This document shows, piece by piece, positions 24,775-32,000 of a DNA stretch of 32,000 nt. Position numbers and translations under genes: made by a program. The DNA is taken from positions 24,942-56,941 of the forward strand of contig JAFQPI010000039.1 of NCBI GenBank assembly GCA_017411805.1, in the 5' to 3' direction. Source of the DNA: Clostridia bacterium (GTDB taxonomy: Bacteria > Bacillota > Clostridia > Oscillospirales > CAG-272). The notes below the pieces were generated by a model, which worked only from the letters and a program-made list of their open reading frames with translations, was not told where the DNA came from and made no database searches. How positions within the stretch are numbered: the first letter of the stretch is position 1; every line of letters starts with the position of its first letter.

Positions 24775-25989
24775 ATGTCGTATGCTTTCAAAAAGGGTAT
24801 GACGCGCGGCAGATTGGCATTTATCTGCACGTGGCTTGCGATCTTCGCCGCCGCATTTTTGATCTGGGCTTTCTATCTCGGTAAGGTTACGAATGAACTT
24901 ATGGAGTATGATGCAAAGCATCCTGCTTATACAGCCGAAGAAGTATTCAAAGAGTATTTTGACGGCTCGGATGCCGAAAAGATCGCTTCCTGCGGGAAAT
25001 ATTCTCTTTCGGAGTATGAGGATTATGATGACGTCATAAAGAAGATCGAATCTATGCTTGAGGGAAAGACCGTAACCTACAAAGAGACCTCCTTTGACGA
25101 GAATGAGGCGCGCTACGAGGTCCTTGCGGGAGACGTGGCTTTTGCAGCATTTACCTTGAAGGAGAATGAGGAATCCGACTCAGCCTTCGGACGGCGTGAG
25201 TATGTTCTGTCGGGTATGGAGCTTTTGCTCGCACCCGATTGCGTGGCAAATATCCGAGCGCCGAAAAACGCAATAGTGAAGCTCAATGGGATAGCTCTCG
25301 GGAAAGATCATATGATCGGAGATTATATCGAACTTGACGATGCCGAGTATTTTCCAGTTGACGATCCGGATTCCCGCCTTATGGTTCTTTACCGTGTGGA
25401 AGGATTGTATGCATCTCCCGAGGTGATTGTTACAAACCCGGAAGGGAATATCACTTACGGTGTTGAGTACGATAGGATCAATTCCGTATATGATACCGAG
25501 TTCTCTTATCGAACGATACTCGAGGATATCTTCAACGGTACCTTCAAGGAGCCCGAGGCCCCTAAGCCTCCCGATCCGAGCAACGGCACAACCTCGAAGC
25601 CCGATTCGGATTCCGAGTACGTGGCCTTCTTATATGAGGCAATTACGATATACGAGAAGTATATCCGTCTTACAAATGATGCAAACGACCTTGCCGCATG
25701 GCGTGTACTATCCTACTTCAAGCCCGGAACGGAAATATATTCGGCGCTGATGAGCTATTATAACGATTCCTCCTTCTTCCCTGATAATTATGAGTTTTCC
25801 GACGTCAAGGTAGAGGAGCTCGTTTGGTCCGATGAAACTCATAAAAGCTTTACCTGCTTTTATGAAATGAAAGCGGTAATGTGGATCGGCGGCGAGAATA
25901 ATAAAGTTACAGAGACAGTCCGTTATGCTTTAGAGGTGGACGTCTCCGGAGATAAGCCGCTTATCACATCTTTGAAAAAATCAAATTGA
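24775..25989 (+). CDS. Hypothetical membrane-anchored protein
   Basis: 404 aa from ATG 24775, 1 nt after the upstream stop. N-terminal TM anchor LAFICTWLAIFAAAFLIWAFYLG and a large extracytoplasmic domain. I recognise no family. Confidence 0.65.
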   Translation: MSYAFKKGMTRGRLAFICTWLAIFAAAFLIWAFYLGKVTNELMEYDAKHPAYTAEEVFKEYFDGSDAEKIASCGKYSLSEYEDYDDVIKKIESMLEGKTVTYKETSFDENEARYEVLAGDVAFAAFTLKENEESDSAFGRREYVLSGMELLLAPDCVANIRAPKNAIVKLNGIALGKDHMIGDYIELDDAEYFPVDDPDSRLMVLYRVEGLYASPEVIVTNPEGNITYGVEYDRINSVYDTEFSYRTILEDIFNGTFKEPEAPKPPDPSNGTTSKPDSDSEYVAFLYEAITIYEKYIRLTNDANDLAAWRVLSYFKPGTEIYSALMSYYNDSSFFPDNYEFSDVKVEELVWSDETHKSFTCFYEMKAVMWIGGENNKVTETVRYALEVDVSGDKPLITSLKKSN

Positions 25990-26009
25990 ACCGGTTCGAT
26001 TCATAATTA

Positions 26010-26038
26010 TTGATTTTTTGCGATTTATGTGATATAAT
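26010..26038 (+). promoter_or_regulatory. Sigma-A type promoter for the deacetylase lipoprotein gene
   Basis: TTGATT (26010-26015), 17 nt, gTGaTATAAT (TATAAT at 26033-26038). Confidence 0.6.
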
Positions 26039-26080
26039 AATAGTATTGTTTTTTAGTTTACTAACGAAAGAGAGTAAAAA

Positions 26081-27862
26081 ATGAAAAAAAGAAGTTCAAG
26101 ATTTTTGAGTGCATTTTTGCACACTTCTCGCTCGGCTTTGGCATTTATCATGCTTATTTCGGTAATGCTGCCGATCGTTCTGACCGCATGTAATAATGAA
26201 AGCGGAAGCGGAACGGGTGTGATTGTTGATTCGAACGAGATTTCAACAGGATCTCCCTTCATTCCCGAATCTACCGCGCCCGGCGATGATACGACCGGAG
26301 TTGAAGACGTAACTACAGGTGCTGAAGACGTTACTACCGGCGTCGATGAAGTTACCACGGGAAAGGACGAAACCACAACCGCTCCCGTACCTGATGATAC
26401 GACGTCCCCTGTTCCCGATGATACGACCGCACCCGTGCCGGATGATACGACAAGTGCGCCCGAGGACACTACCGCACCGCCCGAAACTACCGGCCCCGAA
26501 GTCCCCGGCGTAGCTGAAGGCGAGATGAAGTATAACGAGGCTCTCGTACTCGTCGGCAAAGGCAAGTTTATGCAGGCATCCAAGTATCTTGCAGATATTT
26601 CGGTATCCGACGTAAGCTACAGAGAAAAGGCAAAAGCGCTGATCGCAGCCAATACTGCAGGATTTACTACGGCAATTACCGAGGCTGTAACCGAATATAT
26701 GGTAAGATATCAGATCCCCGAGGGTGAAAAATATCTGAATTCGCTTCTCGGCATGGGAATTGATTCCTATGTAAAGGCGGAGGCTGAAAGACTTGAGAAC
26801 TATCGAATTTTCCAGGACGTAAACGTTGAAACCGTTTATTTGAATCAGACTCTGGAGAATATCTATACCCATTGCCTTATTGCATTCCCGGAGATCAATT
26901 TCAAATCAAAATACACCTATCGCAATTGCGGCGACGACTGCCTGACTCCCAATGAATTCAGATATCTTCTGAATCGTCTTTATGATCTTGGATATATTAT
27001 CATCGACGCAAACCTTCTCTATGACGAGGCAAAAGATGCTCCTGTTTACAGCTTGAAGCTTCCCAAGGGCAAAAAACCGCTTGTCTTCACATTTGACGAC
27101 GTAACCTACGATTCCCGTAAGATGGGTAAAGGAATGGTAGATAAGATTATTGTGGACGAGGACGGATACGTTTGCACCTATACCGAGCATAAGGACGGAA
27201 CCGTTGTTGTTTCTTATGACAACGAGCTCTTCCCGATAATTAACTCCTTCGTGCGCGAGCATCCCGATTTCACTTATCACGGCGGCAGAGGAACACTCTT
27301 CTTTACCGGATTTGACGGAATTCTTGGCTATCGCACTCAGTCGAATCCGATAGATGATGCAGAAGCCGCTCTCGGTCTTGACAGAAACGTTGAGATCGCA
27401 AAGGCAAAGGTCGTTGTTGAAGCACTTCGCGCTGAAGGCTGGACTTTTGGATCGCACAGCTATAATCACTCGCATATGACCCGTCTGTCCGCTGAAAAGT
27501 TCAAGTGGGATACCGATACCTGGCTTGAGGAGGTCGGCTCGATCATTGGTGAGACAAAGCTCTTCTGCTGGCCCTTCGGAGATCACACCGATGCAAATTA
27601 CAATTCCAATCTCCGCAAGGGTGAGCTTCATAAGTATCTCTTTGACAGCGGATTTAAGGTCTTCTTCGGCTGCGGCGCTGCCCGCTATCTGGCAAATGAG
27701 CTTGACGGATTGGGAATATTCACCGACCGAAAGGGAATGACAGGAAACGTGCTATACTATATTGATAAGGGATATCAGTCGTATCTGAAGCATTATCTCT
27801 ATCTTATAGATCCCGAGGAAATGTGGGATGAATACCGCCTGCCTTACCGCTATATGAAATAA
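26081..27862 (+). CDS. Lipoprotein with a Thr/Asp/Pro-rich repeat linker and a C-terminal polysaccharide deacetylase (CE4/NodB-like) domain
   Basis: 593 aa. Signal peptide with lipobox LTAC. NodB-type motifs FTFDDV and HSYNHSH. Confidence 0.8.
   Translation: MKKRSSRFLSAFLHTSRSALAFIMLISVMLPIVLTACNNESGSGTGVIVDSNEISTGSPFIPESTAPGDDTTGVEDVTTGAEDVTTGVDEVTTGKDETTTAPVPDDTTSPVPDDTTAPVPDDTTSAPEDTTAPPETTGPEVPGVAEGEMKYNEALVLVGKGKFMQASKYLADISVSDVSYREKAKALIAANTAGFTTAITEAVTEYMVRYQIPEGEKYLNSLLGMGIDSYVKAEAERLENYRIFQDVNVETVYLNQTLENIYTHCLIAFPEINFKSKYTYRNCGDDCLTPNEFRYLLNRLYDLGYIIIDANLLYDEAKDAPVYSLKLPKGKKPLVFTFDDVTYDSRKMGKGMVDKIIVDEDGYVCTYTEHKDGTVVVSYDNELFPIINSFVREHPDFTYHGGRGTLFFTGFDGILGYRTQSNPIDDAEAALGLDRNVEIAKAKVVVEALRAEGWTFGSHSYNHSHMTRLSAEKFKWDTDTWLEEVGSIIGETKLFCWPFGDHTDANYNSNLRKGELHKYLFDSGFKVFFGCGAARYLANELDGLGIFTDRKGMTGNVLYYIDKGYQSYLKHYLYLIDPEEMWDEYRLPYRYMK
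26291..26488 (+). repeat. In-frame tandem repeats encoding the lipoprotein linker
   Basis: Four 21-nt units (TTGVEDV, TTGAEDV, TTGVDEV, TTGKDET), then three 24-nt units (TTAPVPDD, TTSPVPDD, TTAPVPDD) and two degenerate 21-nt units. The units differ at synonymous sites. Confidence 0.8.
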
Positions 27863-27896
27863 TCGAAAAAATATACAATTATTTCTTCGTTTGTTC

Positions 27897-27925
27897 TTGA
27901 CTTTTCATATTATCGGTGATATAAT
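27897..27925 (+). promoter_or_regulatory. Sigma-A type promoter for the anion permease gene
   Basis: TTGACT (27897-27902), 17 nt, gTGaTATAAT (TATAAT at 27920-27925). Confidence 0.65.
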
Positions 27926-27935
27926 ATCGCTTGTG

Positions 27936-27966
27936 TTTTGCACACCCCGAAACGGGGTGTGCAAAA
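27936..27966 (+). promoter_or_regulatory. Perfect 14-bp-stem palindrome at the start of the permease transcript (5' UTR hairpin or operator)
   Basis: TTTTGCACACCCCG-AAA-CGGGGTGTGCAAAA. It begins about 10 nt after the -10 box and ends 25 nt before ATG 27992. Confidence 0.6.
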
Positions 27967-27991
27967 ATTTGTGTCAAATTCGGAGAGATAT

Positions 27992-29143
27992 ATGAATTCA
28001 GCTCATGTAAAACGCGCGCCCCGACTTCATTTGCCGCATATTGATATCGTTCCTTTCATAAAGAAAAACGCGGTCGTTCTTATTGCGTTCTGTGCGGCAT
28101 TGATCACCTCGCTGATCGTTCCGCCCGATGCCGAATACGCGGGATATCTTGATTTCAAGACTCTGACCTGTCTTTTCTGCGTACTCGCGGTCGTATGCGC
28201 GCTCAAGAATATCAACTTCTTCTATATGCTCGCGCGTAAGATCGTACAGTGCTTCAAGACGGCAAAGATCAGCATTCTCGCGCTCGTTTACATCACCTTT
28301 ATCGGCTCGATGCTTATAGCAAACGATATGGCTCTGCTGACCTTTTTGCCCCTCGGATACTTCGTCCTTTCCTCTACGGGAAAAGAGAAGTATATGGCGT
28401 TCACGTTCATCATGCAGAATATCGCCGCAAACCTCGGCGGAATGCTCACGCCCTTCGGAAATCCGCAGAATCTTTATCTCTACTCCTTTTTTAATATCCC
28501 CACGGGCGAGTTTATGTCAATCATGGCTCTGCCCTTCGCCCTCGCCGTCGCACTGATAACGATTTGCTGCCTTATCTTCGTTAAGAACGAGCCTATGGAG
28601 ATCGCCGACGAAAAGCTCGAGCTCAACCCCAAGAAGACGCTCCTTTATCTTGCGCTTTTCGCGCTTTCGATCGCAATAGTATTCAGAGGAATTCCTTATT
28701 TCATCGGACTTCTCGTTATCCCTCCCGTGCTTATCGTCGCCGACAGAAAAGCACTTAAGATGGTTGACTACGGACTCCTCCTGACCTTCGTTTTCTTCTT
28801 CATCTTTGCGGGAAATATGGCGCGGATCGATATCGTCCGCGATTTTCTCTCGTGGCTTCTCGACAAGAACACGCTCCTCGTCAGCACCCTTTCCTGCCAG
28901 TTCATCAGTAACGTGCCCTCCGCGATCCTGCTCTCGCAGTTTACGGATAACTACGCAGATCTCCTCGTCGGCGTCAATATCGGCGGTACGGGAACGCTTA
29001 TCGCATCGCTTGCAAGCCTTATTACCTTCAAGGAATACGCGAGCCATAACCCGGGCAAAACTCTGAAGTATATCGTCACCTTCTCGGCGTTCAACTTCGG
29101 ATTCCTTGCGATACTTACCGCGGTAATGATGATTATTAAATAA
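27992..29143 (+). CDS. ArsB/NhaD-superfamily anion permease (YbiR/CitMHS-like)
   Basis: 383 aa from ATG 27992 (RBS GGAGAG). About 10-12 TM helices. The FGNPQNLYLYS motif is typical of YbiR-type transporters. Confidence 0.75.
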   Translation: MNSAHVKRAPRLHLPHIDIVPFIKKNAVVLIAFCAALITSLIVPPDAEYAGYLDFKTLTCLFCVLAVVCALKNINFFYMLARKIVQCFKTAKISILALVYITFIGSMLIANDMALLTFLPLGYFVLSSTGKEKYMAFTFIMQNIAANLGGMLTPFGNPQNLYLYSFFNIPTGEFMSIMALPFALAVALITICCLIFVKNEPMEIADEKLELNPKKTLLYLALFALSIAIVFRGIPYFIGLLVIPPVLIVADRKALKMVDYGLLLTFVFFFIFAGNMARIDIVRDFLSWLLDKNTLLVSTLSCQFISNVPSAILLSQFTDNYADLLVGVNIGGTGTLIASLASLITFKEYASHNPGKTLKYIVTFSAFNFGFLAILTAVMMIIK

Positions 29144-29148
29144 AAATG

Positions 29149-29178
29149 AAACGGAACGTCCGCGGACGTTCCGTTTTT
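29149..29178. terminator. Bidirectional intrinsic terminator between the permease and ADH genes
   Basis: AAACGGAACGTC-CGCG-GACGTTCCGTTT followed by TTT (A-run on the other side). Confidence 0.85.
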
Positions 29179-29181
29179 GTA

Positions 29182-30186
29182 TTAATCAATTTTTACAAGC
29201 AATTTTCCGAATCTCGAGAGCTTTGACTCCATAAATTCCTCCGCCGCTTCCTCCATGGTCAGCTCGCGATGGATGATCTTTGAGGTATCAAGCATACCCG
29301 ATGCGAGAATGCGGACAGCACGCTCGGTGGTATAGGGATTGATATATGACGTCTTGATCGTCAACTCCTTGATAAAGGCATCGTAGAGCGAGATCGGAGT
29401 GGTCTTTGCCGAATCCGCGACGCCGAACATTACGACGGTCGCGCCGCGTCCCGCAATTGCGAGGGCGGTAAGCTGTGCCGACGTGTTTCCGACGCATTCT
29501 ATGACCTTGTCGACGTTATATTTTGCGGCATAATCTTTGATCTTTTCCGCATCCTTCGAGCAGATGAAGAGGACAGCACCGAGCTCGTATGCGAGCTTTT
29601 CCTTTGTTTCGTCGTATTCAACGACAATGATCTCACCCGCGCCCGCGGACTTGATAAGCTGGATCATGATCGTACCGATCGCGCCGAGACCGACGAGTGC
29701 TACGCGCTCACCGTGACGGACTCCGAGGAGATCTGCGCCTCTCAGACAGCAAGCCACGGGTTCCGCAAGAGCCGCGTCACGGAGCGAGAGCTTTTCGGGA
29801 ATATGATATACGTTTTCAACGGGAGCGTTTATGTATTCCGCCATGCCCTTGACGACGCCGCGGCTGTTTTTGCAGAAAGCTTTTTTGCCGTCCTTGCAGA
29901 ACTCGCATTTGCCGCATCCCCAGTTGGGGTCGACGGTCACGCGGTCGCCGGCTTTGAATTCGTTGACACCCTCTCCGACATCGGATACGATGCCTGAGAT
30001 CTCATGTCCGAGCGCAACGGGGTAGGTCACGGGTCTCGTGTTCTTTTTGCCGCTGACCTTGTGGTGATCGCTTCCGCAGATACCGCAGTACGCTATCTTT
30101 ACTCTGACCTCGCCCGGCGCAAGCTCCTTGAGAGGAAGCTCGCCGACTGCTACGTTTCCGGGTCCGTATAAAACAACTGCTTTCAT
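29182..30186 (-). CDS. Zinc-dependent alcohol/polyol dehydrogenase (MDR family, threonine/sorbitol dehydrogenase-like)
   Basis: 334 aa. Catalytic Zn motif CGICGSDHH...GHEISG, structural Zn cluster CGKCEFCKDGKKAFC, and Rossmann motif GLGAIG. Confidence 0.88.
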   Translation of the reverse strand: MKAVVLYGPGNVAVGELPLKELAPGEVRVKIAYCGICGSDHHKVSGKKNTRPVTYPVALGHEISGIVSDVGEGVNEFKAGDRVTVDPNWGCGKCEFCKDGKKAFCKNSRGVVKGMAEYINAPVENVYHIPEKLSLRDAALAEPVACCLRGADLLGVRHGERVALVGLGAIGTIMIQLIKSAGAGEIIVVEYDETKEKLAYELGAVLFICSKDAEKIKDYAAKYNVDKVIECVGNTSAQLTALAIAGRGATVVMFGVADSAKTTPISLYDAFIKELTIKTSYINPYTTERAVRILASGMLDTSKIIHRELTMEEAAEEFMESKLSRFGKLLVKID

Positions 30187-30198
30187 TATTATTTTCCT

Positions 30199-31056
30199 TT
30201 ACTGCAATGCCGCGCCGATAACTGTGCCGAATTGCGACATCTCGGGAACTATGAAGTTGACTCCAAATGTGGGCGCAAGACTTGCAAGAGTATCGCAAAC
30301 GGGCTTGATCGAGGTCAGATTACCGCACATAACAATGTCCTTGATGCCAAAGGAGCGTGCCGCGAAGATCGACATCATTGCAACCGTCTCGGAGACCATA
30401 TTGAAGATGCCGAGCGCGATATCCTTCTTTGACGCAAGGTCGGAAAGGTTGCCGAAGTTTGATGCGGTAAGATTTTCATTGACGCCCTTGAAGGTGCCCG
30501 ACTTTGAGATATCCTTGATGCGGAGGTCGACTTGACCGAGATCGCCGCCCTCCGAGATCTGCTCGAGGTGCTCGATCGAACCAATGCCGAGCATCTTTCT
30601 TGAGAGACCGAGGATAGTGCCTCCGCCCACGCCCGTACCGCCGAGATAATCGGTGACCGCGCCGTTCTCAGAACGTTTAGCGTGAATGATCGCGGTGCCG
30701 GTTCCGAGGCTTACAACGATAGCGTCATCGAGCCCCGAAAGATAAAGACCGCCGATACCCGTGCTTGCGAATTCGGAAACGCTCTTGCATTCGCGGTTAT
30801 ATATGGTAGATCCGATTGCGCGGCTTCCCGCGCCCGTCATCATGATGCGGTCGATCTCGTCGAGGGATAGCCCGTTCTCAAGAGTGAACTTACCGAACGC
30901 GCCGTAGATCGAGGTCACGGGGTCGGTTGCCTGAACGAACATGGGGGAGAGAAGTCTGCCTCCGGGGGCAAAGCCGACGATTTTCGTCGTGCTTCCGCCG
31001 ACGTCGATGCCGACGACTGTTTTCTTATTATCGGGTTTTATGATGTAATCAGCCAT
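30199..31056 (-). CDS. coaW: Type II pantothenate kinase (CoaW/Fumble family)
   Basis: 285 aa from ATG 31056 (RBS GAGGA). ASKHA-fold motifs GIDVGGSTTKIV, VSLGTGTAI and GGTGVGGGT. By eye it is colinear with staphylococcal CoaW. The alternative ATG at 31095 has no RBS and lies at the predicted transcription start. Confidence 0.75.
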   Translation of the reverse strand: MADYIIKPDNKKTVVGIDVGGSTTKIVGFAPGGRLLSPMFVQATDPVTSIYGAFGKFTLENGLSLDEIDRIMMTGAGSRAIGSTIYNRECKSVSEFASTGIGGLYLSGLDDAIVVSLGTGTAIIHAKRSENGAVTDYLGGTGVGGGTILGLSRKMLGIGSIEHLEQISEGGDLGQVDLRIKDISKSGTFKGVNENLTASNFGNLSDLASKKDIALGIFNMVSETVAMMSIFAARSFGIKDIVMCGNLTSIKPVCDTLASLAPTFGVNFIVPEMSQFGTVIGAALQ

Positions 31057-31101
31057 TCTTCTTGTCCTCACGGCAAAAATTTCATTTTTATTCATACTGA
31101 T

Positions 31102-31130
31102 ATTATAGCAAACTATTGCAAAAAAATCAA
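31102..31130 (-). promoter_or_regulatory. Sigma-A promoter for the coaW-ADH operon
   Basis: Minus strand: TTGATT (31125-31130), 17 nt, TATAAT (31102-31107). Confidence 0.6.
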
Positions 31131-31144
31131 GTCTGTGATATAAT
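31116..31144 (+). promoter_or_regulatory. Sigma-A promoter for the HAD phosphatase gene, interleaved with the coaW promoter
   Basis: TTGCAA (31116-31121), 17 nt, gTGaTATAAT (TATAAT at 31139-31144). Confidence 0.6.
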
Positions 31145-31178
31145 ATTTAAGAAAATACATATAAAACGGAGAAGAAAA

Positions 31179-32000
31179 ATGGCATTCAAGAATCCCGATA
31201 CCGCTATTCTTAACGAAAAAGAACTCTATATCTTTGATATGGACGGCACGATCTATCTCGGCTACAACGTTTTCCCCTTCGCGATCCGCTTCATCAATAA
31301 CCTCCGCGCAGCGGGCAAGCGCGTTCTTTTCTTTACAAACAACGCATCCCACACCTCCGATTTCTACGTTCAGAAGCTCTCGAAGCTCGGTTTCTCTCCC
31401 ACACGTGAGGAGATCATGACCTCGGGCGACGTAACCATCGAGTTCCTCCGCCGCCATCGCGACGGCAAGAGTGTATATCTCGTAGGCACCGACGAGCTTG
31501 TTGAAAGCTTCAAGGACGCGGGTATCAATATGCTCACGGGCGATGAAGAAAAGGCTGACATCGTTGTTACCAGCTTTGACACCACCATGACCTACAAGAA
31601 GATGGACGACGCCTGCCGTCTCGTTCGCGGCGGTGCGGAATATCTTTCCACTCATCCCGATTTCAACTGCCCCACCGAGACAGGATTTATCCCCGACAGC
31701 GGCGCGATCGCGGCATTTGTAACTGCATCGACAGGCAAGACCCCCACCTACTTCGGCAAGCCCTATAAGGAGACCGTTGAGATGATCAGCGAGGCTACCG
31801 GCGTATCTGTTGAGAAGATGTGCATCTTCGGTGACAGACTCTACACCGATATCGCTCTCGGCAAGAAGCACGGCGTAACCGCAGTTCTCGTTTACTCGGG
31901 CGAGACCACTCCCGAGGACGTTGAGGCTGCTACCGTAGCAGAGAAGCCCGACTATGCATTCCCCTCGCTCGACGAAGTCGATCAGGTAATGTTTGGTTAA
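31179..32000 (+). CDS. HAD-IIA family hydrolase (NagD-like sugar/nucleotide phosphatase)
   Basis: 273 aa from ATG 31179 (RBS GGAGAAG). HAD motif I DMDGT, motif II FFTNN, and a C-terminal GDRLYTDI motif. The stop TAA is at 31998-32000. Confidence 0.85.
   Translation: MAFKNPDTAILNEKELYIFDMDGTIYLGYNVFPFAIRFINNLRAAGKRVLFFTNNASHTSDFYVQKLSKLGFSPTREEIMTSGDVTIEFLRRHRDGKSVYLVGTDELVESFKDAGINMLTGDEEKADIVVTSFDTTMTYKKMDDACRLVRGGAEYLSTHPDFNCPTETGFIPDSGAIAAFVTASTGKTPTYFGKPYKETVEMISEATGVSVEKMCIFGDRLYTDIALGKKHGVTAVLVYSGETTPEDVEAATVAEKPDYAFPSLDEVDQVMFG

Noticed and set aside
26053-26583. 176-aa minus-strand ORF rich in VVSSG repeats.
   Set aside because: It is the antisense reading of the in-frame Thr/Asp/Pro repeat linker of the lipoprotein gene. 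The sense-strand gene has a signal peptide, a lipobox and a CE4 domain.
27938-27991. Upstream TTG start for the anion permease (MHTPKRGVQKF...).
   Set aside because: It would begin inside the 14-bp palindrome with no RBS. ATG 27992 follows a GGAGAG RBS.

Overview
This window looks like a chromosomal segment of a Clostridia-type Firmicute. The evidence is repeated TTGACA-17-TATAAT sigma-A promoters with TG-extended -10 boxes, GGAGG ribosome-binding sites, a T-box leader, an IspH-S1 fusion and a TIGR01440 gene. It is mostly housekeeping and tightly packed: murE-type ligase, RpiR regulator, HI0933-type flavoprotein, cmk-plsC-ispH/rpsA, nagB, a MinD-like ATPase with an MGS-like protein, T-box-controlled thrS, mgtE, a GHL10 lipoprotein, a heterodimeric ABC exporter, tRNA-Thr(CGU), rsmA, a CE4 deacetylase lipoprotein, an anion permease, and coaW-ADH with a divergent HAD phosphatase. 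I found no protein-coding defence system, toxin-antitoxin pair, CRISPR array, transposase, integrase or reverse transcriptase. The unexplained signal is non-coding and sits in the only two long intergenic gaps. (1) 22123-22581 lies between an AT-rich, probably acquired DMT transporter gene and the 3' end of tRNA-Thr. It holds five different hairpins separated by a conserved ATTTCAY linker, then two tandem ~110-nt elements that fold into the same three-helix junction with compensatory base-pair changes, and whose outer arm resembles the tRNA-Thr T-arm. (2) In the thrS leader, the T-box terminator hairpin has no U-tract and is followed by a ~150-nt element made of inverted arrays of the heptamer NAAAGTG. 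Lesser points are an MGS-like protein that appears to lack catalytic residues beside an orphan MinD-like ATPase, a leaderless DUF11 protein, and a 15-His tail on the DMT transporter. All calls come from reading the sequence and ORF translations by eye; no database search or folding program was run.
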